Part shown: positions 10,047 to 17,816 of the stretch, in pieces | How the letters are laid out: each line of letters begins with the position of its first letter | Position numbering within the stretch: position 1 is the first letter of the stretch | Virus record (IMG/VR): IMGVR_UViG_3300034100_000018 | Span: 1 to 40,002 of that record | Direction: 5' to 3' (one strand) | Length of the DNA: 40,002 nucleotides | Source of the DNA: a virus | Lineage: Duplodnaviria > Caudoviricetes | Translations under genes and position numbers: made by a program | Notes under the pieces: model-generated | What the model was told of the DNA's origin: nothing | Databases searched by the model: none | What the model saw: the letters and a program-made list of their open reading frames with translations, nothing else

Positions 10047-10405
10047 CACAAGCCCGCATCATCGCCGCCCTTGCTGCATTGGCCCTGTGGGGCGCATCCC
10101 TGGCCTTGGTGGGATTCAAAAGCTACAGCCTAGGGGTAGGCAGCCAAAAGGCCAAACAAGCCGACGTAGAGGCCGCACGCCAACAGGCCCGTGACGACGC
10201 CATGAAAGGGGCTGCTGATGCCATCGCTCAAGTCAAGATCACCAACACCACGATTCGCGCAGCAACTGAAACGCGGGTTCGTGAAGTGCCTGTGTACCGG
10301 GATTGCAGGAATGACGACCGCGTGCTCAACAACATCAACAGCGCATTACGAGGTGAGCCCGCTGGTCGTGGCGTCATGCCCGCAAGTGCTGGCGCCTCTC
10401 GCTGA
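10043..10405 (+). CDS. Rz: i-spanin (Rz-like)
   Basis: GTG start, N-terminal TM, coiled coil, C-terminal 'VREVPVYRDC'. Confidence 0.8.
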   Translation: MTQARIIAALAALALWGASLALVGFKSYSLGVGSQKAKQADVEAARQQARDDAMKGAADAIAQVKITNTTIRAATETRVREVPVYRDCRNDDRVLNNINSALRGEPAGRGVMPASAGASR

Positions 10406-10499
10406 TGACACGTTTGGGGCGACGGTTGAAAAGCTGATCGAGGTGATCGGCGTGTACCGTGAATGCCGAGCTGCTGCGCTGGGAAGCGGAAAGCAGTAA
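10281..10499 (+). CDS. Rz1: o-spanin lipoprotein (Rz1-like)
   Basis: Overlaps Rz in another frame; lipobox-like MTTA-C; 'CP.VL.PL.DDTFGAT...Y.EC' pattern. Confidence 0.75.
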   Translation: MKCLCTGIAGMTTACSTTSTAHYEVSPLVVASCPQVLAPLADDTFGATVEKLIEVIGVYRECRAAALGSGKQ

Positions 10500-10801
10500 C
10501 CTCAAAGACAAAGCCATGATGCAAGCAAAGGGGCTTGTGTGGCGAGAGCGCCCGTGCAGTAACTTCTACAGCAACCGCGCCAATTGTTGATCGTCTGCCC
10601 CTTGAGGTTCGATTCCTGTCGGGGCCACCAAGTTACTGCATCATGGCAATGCAGCCTTAATCAGTCAAGCCAGATCACCCTCTGGCGGGTCAGCTAAACC
10701 TGCGCAAATCAGTGCAGCCCTACGCACACAAGCGCCGCCATTTGGCAGTAACTTTTGCGGTAACCTTGGTGAACCAAGCAAGCCGGCCACAAAGTTACTG
10801 C
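10493..10801. mobile_element. attP region: tRNA-3'-end core flanked by integrase arm-type repeats
   Basis: Core AGGTTCGATTCCTGTCGGGGCCACCA at 10605-10630 (T-loop, acceptor 3' strand, CCA); GCAGTAAC at 10493, 10556 and 10745, GCGGTAAC at 10757, inverted copies at 10632 and 10794. Confidence 0.85.
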
Positions 10802-10802
10802 A

Positions 10803-12059
10803 ATGCCCCGAAATCTCATAGCGTCTGACCTCAGTATCCGCAAAGTCAAATCGGACGACAAGCGAAAACGCCTGAGCGATGGTGACGGCTTGTACTTGCT
10901 GCTGTTCGTCAAGGGCGGATCGCATGGGTGGCGCTTCGATTACACCATCAACCGCAAGCGCAAAACGATCAGCCTGGGCACGTTCCCGGATGTCGGCCTG
11001 GGTGCTGCGCGTGAGCGTGCTGACCAGTGCCGGGAGCTTGTCGCGCAAGGAGTTGACCCCAGCGAAGCGCGCCAGGAGAAAAAGCGTGCTGCCGATCATC
11101 ATGAAGCGGTCAGGAGGGCGGTCGAGGCCGGCGCACCGGTGCCGGGCACATTCCGGGCCGTGGCTGAAGACTGGCTTACACACCAGGCGGCTCGATGGGA
11201 GGCAGACACCAGAGACACCATACGGGCATCGTTTGTGAATGATGTTTACCCGGAAATTGGGCATGCCCCAATGGGTGACATCAAGGCCAAAGACGTGCTG
11301 CGGTGCATCCTCAAAATCGAGGGGCGCGGCGCGGGTGACATGGCTGGCCGAGTGCTCCAGCGTGTGAAGTCGGTTTTCCGCTTCGCCATCGTGCATGAGG
11401 TGATCGAGTCAAACCCCACGCTTGATCTGAAATCGAGCGAACTACTCAAGCCCCGCAAAGTCAAGCACCGGGCGGCACTGCCAGAGTCTGAGATGGGCCG
11501 GTTTCTGGCGCTGCTTTCCGAGTATGGCAACCAGGCTGGCGGGGCTACAGCAGCCAATGCGCTGCGCTTTCTGATGCTCACTGCAACCAGGCCTGGCGAC
11601 GTGCGGGGGGCGATGTGGTCAGAAATCAGCGGGTCGACGTGGCGCATCCCTGGCGGCCGCATGAAGATGGGCGAGGACTACGTGACAAGCCTGTCAAGGC
11701 AGGCGCTCGCAGTGCTCGAAGACATGCGCCCGATCAGCGGCATGGACTCGCTGGTGTTCCCAAGCCCGTTCTATCCCGGCAAGCCTCTGAGCGAGAACAC
11801 GCTGAATTCAGCCATGGCTCGCATTGGCTACAAGGGCATTGCCACCGCACACGGCTTTCGGTCGCTGTTCTCCACGGTAGCCAATGAACACGGCTTTGAC
11901 CCCGATGTGATCGAGCGGCAGCTTGATCATGTGGAGCGCAACCAGACCCGTGCGGCATATCACCGTGCCGCCTACACCGCCGAGCGCGCAGCGCTCATGC
12001 AATGGTGGGCGGACTTCATTGATCAAGCGGCCGCCAAGTTCCATCAATCCACGCCTTGA
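10803..12059 (+). CDS. int: tyrosine integrase, P4-like with N-terminal arm-binding domain
   Basis: DGDGLYL..WRFDY..LGTFP arm domain; catalytic R (TATRPGD), K (RMK), HGFR, QLDH, AAY. Confidence 0.97.
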   Translation: MPRNLIASDLSIRKVKSDDKRKRLSDGDGLYLLLFVKGGSHGWRFDYTINRKRKTISLGTFPDVGLGAARERADQCRELVAQGVDPSEARQEKKRAADHHEAVRRAVEAGAPVPGTFRAVAEDWLTHQAARWEADTRDTIRASFVNDVYPEIGHAPMGDIKAKDVLRCILKIEGRGAGDMAGRVLQRVKSVFRFAIVHEVIESNPTLDLKSSELLKPRKVKHRAALPESEMGRFLALLSEYGNQAGGATAANALRFLMLTATRPGDVRGAMWSEISGSTWRIPGGRMKMGEDYVTSLSRQALAVLEDMRPISGMDSLVFPSPFYPGKPLSENTLNSAMARIGYKGIATAHGFRSLFSTVANEHGFDPDVIERQLDHVERNQTRAAYHRAAYTAERAALMQWWADFIDQAAAKFHQSTP

Positions 12060-12258
12060 CGTGATCGGATAGCCACCGGCCATCCTTGTACCTCGGCGGG
12101 AATGTGCGCATGGCAATGCGCCGGTTAATCGTTGCCAAAGCAAGGCCAACAACCTGCACAACGGTTTCACGGTTGAGCAAGATGCCGGGCACATTCACCG
12201 CTTCAAGCGGCTGGGCTTTCATGGCCCTGGATGATTTTTGACGTTCAATGACTTCCAT
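12016..12258 (-). CDS. AlpA-family excisionase / recombination directionality factor
   Basis: LL..ETV...VGL..ATI.R.I....FP......W....V.AWI pattern; convergent with int. Confidence 0.8.
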   Translation of the reverse strand: MEVIERQKSSRAMKAQPLEAVNVPGILLNRETVVQVVGLALATINRRIAMRTFPPRYKDGRWLSDHVKAWIDGTWRPLDQ

Positions 12259-12288
12259 GGTTGCTCCAGATTATTTGCTTGATCTTTG

Positions 12289-12447
12289 CTATTGGCTGGC
12301 GCCTGAGTCTTCGTACTCTTCGCCATCCCCACACCCATCCGACCAGTCGCCGATCTGCTGATCGTCCTCGTCGTCTGGGCCGGTGGATAGCGCATCAGGG
12401 CTCTCCCACGGTCGTGCGTGCTGACGTTGTCGTGCGCGTCTTGACAT
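12289..12447 (-). CDS. small acidic hypothetical protein
   Basis: ATG 12447 with SD GGAG; 52 aa. Confidence 0.5.
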   Translation of the reverse strand: MSRRARQRQHARPWESPDALSTGPDDEDDQQIGDWSDGCGDGEEYEDSGASQ

Positions 12448-12540
12448 TCGTATCTCCAAAATGTGGCTAGATATCGCTGATGCATCTATCCACTTGTTGC
12501 TGCATATCGCCACTTGTGGATAGATGTGGCGACGTGGGTT

Positions 12541-12562
12541 CGCCGCCTACATTGGGTTAGGC
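12541..12562 (+). mobile_element. partial attC site (3' L'/R' half only)
   Basis: CGCCGCCTACATTGGGTTAGGC resembles the 3' end of the attC at 13179-13262; no upstream RYYYAAC found. Confidence 0.55.
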
Positions 12563-12754
12563 CTCTCCATCCGTGCGCAGCACCTCCGCGCAAATGTTGC
12601 CGAGGTCCGCGCTATTCGCTGGCTCTGGCCCGTACTCATCCACAGCGATCTTGGCTGCTGATTCAGCAGCCGGCATCGGCCACCCAAGCGCCTTGGCTCG
12701 CTCAATCACTTGCTGCTCCAGGGTCGGCTTCACTTTTTTGAATGGCCAAATCAT
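12557..12754 (-). CDS. hypothetical protein in attC-bounded cassette 1
   Basis: 65 aa, SD AGGAG; stop TAA lies inside the GTTAGGC core site. Confidence 0.7.
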   Translation of the reverse strand: MIWPFKKVKPTLEQQVIERAKALGWPMPAAESAAKIAVDEYGPEPANSADLGNICAEVLRTDGEA

Positions 12755-12852
12755 CTGTTGCTCCTATCCGCAAGCCTTCGGCCTGCTCGGTTTCAAAGCG
12801 CCCGGCTGTCGCCAGGCTTCGTGTGTTGGTCAGGCTCAGTGCTTTGCACCTG

Positions 12853-12919
12853 GCCTAACTCCTCGTTGCACGCGGACGTCCGCCCGTTGGGCGGCCTCCG
12901 GTGAACTGTTTGGTTAGGC
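12853..12919 (+). mobile_element. integron attC site (67 bp)
   Basis: GCCTAAC-tcctcgt-TGCACGCGGAC...CCGGTGAAC-tgtttg-GTTAGGC imperfect palindrome with central hairpin. Confidence 0.85.
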
Positions 12920-12922
12920 CAT

Positions 12923-13159
12923 TCAGTCCACTGCCTGGGCAATCTTGTGCGTGAACTTGCTGCCAATCTGCCGCTTGTAGCTGGCAACCAGCTTGTGTTC
13001 ATCGTCGCCTGGTCGTGCCCACAGTTTCACGTCGTTGAACTGAAGTTCACACAGGATTCCTACACGGTTGGACAAGCGGCATAAGTCGCGGGCAGCGTCT
13101 TCAATAGTGGTGCCTGCAAAAGAATCAACTCGCAGCGTCAGGGTTCGGTCAAGTTCCAT
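12923..13159 (-). CDS. hypothetical protein in attC-bounded cassette 2
   Basis: 78 aa, SD GGAG, fills the space between two attC sites. Confidence 0.75.
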   Translation of the reverse strand: MELDRTLTLRVDSFAGTTIEDAARDLCRLSNRVGILCELQFNDVKLWARPGDDEHKLVASYKRQIGSKFTHKIAQAVD

Positions 13160-13178
13160 ATTTTTGCTCCGGCCACAG

Positions 13179-13262
13179 GCCTAACTCTTTGGTCAAGCCG
13201 ACGCTTGCAAGGTCGGCTCATATGCCCACATCCGGTGGGCGCGGCTTACCGTTGGGTTAGGC
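13179..13262 (+). mobile_element. integron attC site (84 bp)
   Basis: GCCTAAC-tctttgg-TCAAGCCGACGC...GCGCGGCTTA-ccgttgg-GTTAGGC; L boxes match those I recall for the aadA7-type attC top strand. Confidence 0.9.
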
Positions 13263-13430
13263 CCTCAAGTTGGCGGATTCGGCGGCGCGTTGCATAGCTG
13301 CAAGCAACCGTAGTTCATCGGCCGCCTCATTTGCGGATCTCGCGCGAGAAACGACCACCAACTGGTTTGACAAAATCCATGCCCAAGATGGGCGCTCTTT
13401 GTTTTCCAACGGGATGAAGTCAGGTTTCAT
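13257..13430 (-). CDS. hypothetical protein, cassette 3
   Basis: ATG 13430 with SD GGAG, 57 aa (MKPDFIPLENK...); stop TAA inside the attC core. Confidence 0.65.
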   Translation of the reverse strand: MKPDFIPLENKERPSWAWILSNQLVVVSRARSANEAADELRLLAAMQRAAESANLRA

Positions 13431-13534
13431 CGTTGCTCTCCGCGCCCCTTCGGGCCGCTCGTTGAAAACGCCCATGCCTGCGGCATCGGCTTGTGGTGTT
13501 GGTCAGGCCCTGGGCATCTGCCACGGGCCGCGCA

Positions 13535-14172
13535 TCAAGCTGGGTCGGTCGGCTCCGGCTTGGGGGTGGCGATGTCGGCAAAGTGCTTGTCCAGCCACTT
13601 CTTGAGGCGGTCCATATGCCGCTTCGGACCGAAGGCAACGTCTTCCGGGTAGCCGGGTTCGTACTCGATGGTCAGTGGCACCCATCCATCGGGCAACACC
13701 ACCTCCCCGCCGCTGGGCTGCTGCTTTCGCTTTGGGCATTCGCCGCACCAGTTGTCGGGGCGGTCACCGCACACGGAGTCTTTGAGCGGGCAGACATTCA
13801 CGACATCGCTGGTGCCAGTCTGCTGCTTGAGCGCTTGCACTTCGTTGAAGGCGTCCATGAGGATGTTGCCGCTGCTTGGCTGCTGCGCCTTGAGCAAGCG
13901 CACGGCATCAACAAGGCTTTCCCCTTCTGTCAGGCCAAGAAAATCGCGCAGCTCTGTCAGCACTGCTGAAGCACTACGGTAGTTCATCTCGTGGATGCTG
14001 GTGGCAAGTGTGGGCTTCTGCGCCTGCTCCTGGCTGGCGGGTGGGGTGGTGTACTGAGCGCCGCCATTAATCTTGTCAGCCCAACTCTGTGCCTCTTTTT
14101 CAGTCATACCGGGTATCGCAAATGAAACTCTGTGCGGCCATTGCGCACGCACTTGCAAACGTGGACTCTCAC
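13535..14172 (-). CDS. modular hypothetical early protein, probably frameshifted near 14110
   Basis: GTG 14172 gives MRVHVCKC...FHLRYPV* and the long frame resumes at GMTEKEAQ; QQPS(G/S)G linkers separate modules. Confidence 0.55.
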
Positions 14173-14264
14173 TGAATACCTCCCCAATTGAAAACCACAT
14201 AAAGGAAGACAAGAACCGCAATCAAAACGGCTATGCCAAGACCAATAAAAATTCCGATCAGCAT
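14169..14264 (-). CDS. small single-TM protein (31 aa)
   Basis: MLIGIFIGLGIAVLIAVLVFLYVVFNWGGIQ; fills the operon gap; SD GAGG. Confidence 0.55.
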   Translation of the reverse strand: MLIGIFIGLGIAVLIAVLVFLYVVFNWGGIQ

Positions 14265-14267
14265 GGA

Positions 14268-14732
14268 TTACCCCTCTCGAACTCGTGTGAAAACTGGCTG
14301 ATCGTTGCGCGGCAGCTTTGCTTGCAGCCTTGCAATGTGCTTGTCTTGCGCGTCGATCAAGGCGTGTAGGCCGTCAACGCCGTAGAATGTCATCAGTCGG
14401 CGATCTGCGTCGCGCACAGCCTCCCCACCCTCTGCGGGCGGTGTGGTAAACGTGCGCTTGTGCCATTCGCGCAGGCTTGGGTAGCGGAGCCACAGATCCT
14501 TGCATTGATCATCTGTCGGTCCATCGCCAAAGGCCGCAAACAGCACTTCTGCCGTTTCTGCGGGCTGTGCTGGATGGGATATGGCGGCGCAGGCGTTGTC
14601 CACTTCCTCGAACTCATCCCACTCGGCTATTTCGCCGTTCATGTGATAGCCAGCAACTCCACGGGAGTCGTTGACGATGTTGAGCATCCCTTGCAGCGCC
14701 TCGCGCAGCAGTTGGTTTTCAGTAGACGTCAT
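14268..14732 (-). CDS. hypothetical early protein
   Basis: MTSTENQLLREALQGMLNIVNDSRGVAGYHMNG..., 154 aa. Confidence 0.7.
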   Translation of the reverse strand: MTSTENQLLREALQGMLNIVNDSRGVAGYHMNGEIAEWDEFEEVDNACAAISHPAQPAETAEVLFAAFGDGPTDDQCKDLWLRYPSLREWHKRTFTTPPAEGGEAVRDADRRLMTFYGVDGLHALIDAQDKHIARLQAKLPRNDQPVFTRVREG

Positions 14733-14934
14733 TGTCGGAAACCTCGCAAGGGATGTTGTGTACAGCATGGATCAGACTTCCACAGCCAGGGCAGCCGCCA
14801 GCCTTCTCAAACTCAGCCTGAGCCTTCTGCATGTGGGCCAGGAGGTCTGCAGGTACGCTGGCGATGACGGCTTGCTCAGCAGCAAGCACTCGCTTGCGCT
14901 CGATGTCGCGCAGCAGTTGGTTTTCGGTGGTCAT
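14719..14934 (-). CDS. small Cys/His zinc-binding-like protein
   Basis: MTTENQLLRD...CPGC..IH..H...C; SD AAGGA. Confidence 0.65.
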   Translation of the reverse strand: MTTENQLLRDIERKRVLAAEQAVIASVPADLLAHMQKAQAEFEKAGGCPGCGSLIHAVHNIPCEVSDNDVY

Positions 14935-15074
14935 GGTGTGTCCTTCTTGTGAGGGGCGCCTTGGTACTTGACGATGCCCATGCGATACGCGATCTGGAGC
15001 AGCAGCGAATACGACATCCACCCAAGCGCGAAGCCAATTGCCAGGCCAAGAAAGTAAAACTCGACTACTGTCAT
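14931..15074 (-). CDS. small membrane protein (47 aa)
   Basis: MTVVEFYFLGLAIGFALGWMSY...; ATGA-coupled on both sides. Confidence 0.6.
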   Translation of the reverse strand: MTVVEFYFLGLAIGFALGWMSYSLLLQIAYRMGIVKYQGAPHKKDTP

Positions 15075-15307
15075 TCCTTGGTGTCCTTGGTGGGGTGGGT
15101 GGCGGCTGGGTGCATGTACTCCGTCTCAGCCGTGCGCGGGCGCGGGTCGCGGTAGCCGTGGATTCGGCACCGTTGCTGCGGCAGCAGGATCGACGGGCAA
15201 GCCTTCGGCAGCTTCGCCACGCACTCAGGGCAGGGCACGCCATGCTTTGCTCGGGCTTCGGCGCGGGCGTTGCGGATGTCGCGGCACAGGTCTCCGTAGT
15301 CGCTCAT
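15071..15307 (-). CDS. small zinc-finger-like protein
   Basis: CPEC...CRIH; ATGA coupling. Confidence 0.7.
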   Translation of the reverse strand: MSDYGDLCRDIRNARAEARAKHGVPCPECVAKLPKACPSILLPQQRCRIHGYRDPRPRTAETEYMHPAATHPTKDTKE

Positions 15308-15573
15308 TCCACACCACCTTTCCCCGCCTGGGCGGCGCGTACTGCAAGCATAGCGTCGGCCATTGCGTAGGCGCACTCTGCGCATGCTCTGAAATCGGAG
15401 ACCATTGGCACTTGACCCGTCACCGGATTGGCCGCCATGACAGCAGGAAGCGCCTTGGCAGCGAAGTAGTCGCGCAGTGTCATGCCAAGGTGCTGATCAA
15501 AGATGTCTCCTGGTGACTGGTTCAACTCGTTCACCGGGAACGCAGGGCCACCGCCTTTGATGTGGTTGCTCAT
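15304..15573 (-). CDS. conserved phage early protein (GMTLRDYFAAKA type)
   Basis: GGPAFP...GMTLRDYFAAKA...AYAMADAMLA motif. Confidence 0.85.
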   Translation of the reverse strand: MSNHIKGGGPAFPVNELNQSPGDIFDQHLGMTLRDYFAAKALPAVMAANPVTGQVPMVSDFRACAECAYAMADAMLAVRAAQAGKGGVE

Positions 15574-15818
15574 TCCGCACTACCTTCCCCAGCCTGGGCG
15601 GCTTTGTACGCATCCGCCTTCTCTTTGCTGGACCACATGAGCCAGTCGTCAGGATCGTCCCGCGCTGGGCTTGACCAACCGGGTTGGCACAGCCCGATGT
15701 TGTCTTCACATGGCGCCAGCTTCGGCATGCGGCATCCGCACTCAGATGCTGGGCAAACAAGCCCATCGGCGCCGAGTTTGGTTAGGTGCTCGGAGATGAT
15801 TTCGATGACGGTGCTCAT
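15570..15818 (-). CDS. Cys-rich hypothetical protein
   Basis: G.DGL....ECGC....LAPC......CQPG; ATGA coupling. Confidence 0.7.
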   Translation of the reverse strand: MSTVIEIISEHLTKLGADGLVCPASECGCRMPKLAPCEDNIGLCQPGWSSPARDDPDDWLMWSSKEKADAYKAAQAGEGSAE

Positions 15819-16690
15819 GCTTGCTCCTTCCCCGCCTGGGCGGACATGGATGCGGTGTGCCGAGCAATGTAGGCGTCGAGGTTGTCCATTGCCTGCATGT
15901 CTGCATCGCCCCATCCGTGATCGCTGACGAAGTGGCCAAGGGCCTCGCTTGCATCCTTCAGGACTTGCAGCGGCACCCGCATCACCCCCGCATCAGCAGG
16001 GGCTTGAGGGGAGGCGGTGAGCATGGCGTTCAGGAGTGAGTACACAAAATCGTCGCTGGTGCCTGTGCTGTTCTCATCAGCCCAGGCCCATGCATCACCA
16101 TTTGGCGACTTGACAACGATGCGCCCATCGTCCTTGCGAACGATGCTCCACCCCTCCGGCACGCTCGGCACAGCAGCGGAATGCGCACGATCAGCAATCA
16201 CGCCCACCGAACCTCTAAGAGTCTCGATTTCATGTTTGAGTCGGCCCCACGTCAGCGCCAGTGACTGCCTGATGTCTTCGGCGCCACCCTCGCAATGGCG
16301 CACAACAAACTCGCTCGGAGTGAAGTTCAGCAGCGTGCGGATGTTGCCTTCAAGCGTGCCGCCTTCGGCATGCACAGCAGCGCGGGCACGCCATTGGGCG
16401 TTGACGTGGGCTTCGACTGCGCGGGCGAAGTCACGGAAGCTCTTGCACATGCGAGTCTTGGGAAGCGGCCCAGCGGCGAGCGAGTCAATCTGCTCATCAC
16501 TCATCGCCTCCGGCACAGCGGTGGCAGTCATGACAGGCGCCATCTGCACAGCCCTATAAGGCCCGTTGCGCGGATAGAGCGTCTGCGAGTCTGTTGCCGT
16601 GGCGATAGCATCGGCCTCGTCAACACACAGCGTTGCAGTACCGGTTCGGTCTACGCTGTACCAGCGGGCAGTGGATTGTTCAGTGCTCAT
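15815..16690 (-). CDS. modular hypothetical early protein
   Basis: 291 aa; VPEGW and 'AMLTASPQAP' linkers typical of lambdoid Eaa-like mosaics. Confidence 0.7.
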   Translation of the reverse strand: MSTEQSTARWYSVDRTGTATLCVDEADAIATATDSQTLYPRNGPYRAVQMAPVMTATAVPEAMSDEQIDSLAAGPLPKTRMCKSFRDFARAVEAHVNAQWRARAAVHAEGGTLEGNIRTLLNFTPSEFVVRHCEGGAEDIRQSLALTWGRLKHEIETLRGSVGVIADRAHSAAVPSVPEGWSIVRKDDGRIVVKSPNGDAWAWADENSTGTSDDFVYSLLNAMLTASPQAPADAGVMRVPLQVLKDASEALGHFVSDHGWGDADMQAMDNLDAYIARHTASMSAQAGKEQA

Positions 16691-17016
16691 GCTTGATTCC
16701 TACCTGTCTTGATCTGAGAGAGGGCGGTGTTGATTGCTTCCTCGTGCCATCCTTCAAGGATGATCCGGCCGCTTGAGCCGCGATCAATCTTCAGAACGCC
16801 TTGCAGCATTTCCACAGCCGCATCCAGATCAGCCAGGAGGGCGCTGATTGCTGCGGGGTTGGCTGCGGCGATGTAGGAGGCGTCCTCGGTTTCCATCGTC
16901 GATGCAACGAGAACGCCTGATTCAACCTCAAAGACGTCGGCGCCTCCGTCGTGCTCCCAATTTGTCGAGGTGACAGCCTTCAGCGCATCGCGCAGTGGTT
17001 GGTGTTTGTCGGTCAT
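16687..17016 (-). CDS. Ead/Ea22-like protein
   Basis: 'DASYIAAANPAAISALLADLD' motif. Confidence 0.75.
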   Translation of the reverse strand: MTDKHQPLRDALKAVTSTNWEHDGGADVFEVESGVLVASTMETEDASYIAAANPAAISALLADLDAAVEMLQGVLKIDRGSSGRIILEGWHEEAINTALSQIKTGRNQA

Positions 17017-17240
17017 GCTGTGCGTGCCTTCATCATTTCGTCTGCCATCATGTAAGCGACCAGCGCAACGCATCCGAAGTCATGAACCGTTGGCGACTGG
17101 CCTGTGACTGGGTTTGCCGCCATCGAGACTTGCATCGCAGCAACTGCAAATTCATCACGCAAAGACGCATACATCATCGCCGCCTCGATGGCATCAAAGC
17201 CGATGCCGGGTGATTCAATGTGTTCCACATCAATCCTCAT
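17013..17240 (-). CDS. paralog of 15304..15573 (LRDEFA...AY.MAD.M..AR)
   Basis: Shares MAANPVTGQ and flanking motifs; the start may be GTG 17231. Confidence 0.7.
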   Translation of the reverse strand: MRIDVEHIESPGIGFDAIEAAMMYASLRDEFAVAAMQVSMAANPVTGQSPTVHDFGCVALVAYMMADEMMKARTA

Positions 17241-17270
17241 TCAGCGCAATGGCGCGTTGTGTTGCCCTCA

Positions 17271-17315
17271 GTGTCTCAACTCAGGCAATGGGTGTCCAAT
17301 TGATTTTGGCTATCG
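17271..17315 (-). promoter_or_regulatory. boxed promoter A (ATAG-N7-CAAT + TGGACA-17-GACACT)
   Basis: Minus strand reads CGATAGCCAAAATCAATTGGACA. Confidence 0.7.
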
Positions 17316-17318
17316 CCA

Positions 17319-17816
17319 TCATTTGATCGTGAGGCGATCACGCTTGATGATGCGAGCGCCTGGCACCTCTGTGCCTTTCTTGATGGCGTCTTTGATTGCC
17401 GTCTTGTTGGGCTCAGTCTTGACCACCTCGCGCACGTACTCAGCGGGCAATTGCGCCTCGTCAAACACCTCTACCGACTCATCACGCCCAACGGCCAAGG
17501 ACGCCTTGAAAATCCCGCGATCATCGGAAATCTCGCTGATCCCGGCTGCGGCCATGTGATCCTGAAGGTAGCGGCGGAGCCAGTCTTGGCGGCGCTCCTC
17601 GGACTTCACCTTGTCGGTCAGCGTCTTGATGTAGTCGCGGATGGACTCGGTTTGTAGTGTCGATTCGATGATGTACGCAGCGACGGCCACGGCCTTGTGC
17701 GCCACGACTGCGCGAGCGTCGTCGAAACCTTCCGGCAACTCTCCCGTCTCGGGGTCGATCTGCTCCAGCAGTGCGCGGACTTGTTCGGTAGCTTGGTGGA
17801 GGGTGATATTGCTCAT
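17319..17816 (-). CDS. siphovirus Gp157-family protein
   Basis: C-terminal 'LPAEYV....EPNKTAIKDAIKKGTEVPGA......LTIK'. Confidence 0.9.
   Translation of the reverse strand: MSNITLHQATEQVRALLEQIDPETGELPEGFDDARAVVAHKAVAVAAYIIESTLQTESIRDYIKTLTDKVKSEERRQDWLRRYLQDHMAAAGISEISDDRGIFKASLAVGRDESVEVFDEAQLPAEYVREVVKTEPNKTAIKDAIKKGTEVPGARIIKRDRLTIK

Noticed and set aside
10605-10630. Functional tRNA gene
   Set aside because: Only the T-loop and 3' acceptor strand are present; no D or anticodon arm upstream
10803-12059. Integron integrase serving the attC array
   Set aside because: It has a P4-type arm-binding domain and a matching attP; no IntI-specific features recognised
12483-12526. Independent operator or terminator (11-bp inverted repeat CATCTATCCAC/GTGGATAGATG)
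   Set aside because: No T-run and no second copy; may be the inner stem of the degraded attC ending at 12562
12755-12836. Hammerhead ribozyme in the shared cassette leader
   Set aside because: CTGACCA is not CTGANGA, and the GAAA is not conserved in the second copy
12541-13262. CRISPR mini-array or REP elements
   Set aside because: The units differ in sequence and length, are separated by gene-sized intervals, and have attC R/L box structure
14183-14203. Additional copy of the promoter box (CAATTGG)
   Set aside because: Lacks the ATAG half and lies inside coding sequence; the same applies to CAATTG at ~10581, ~15035 and ~19349
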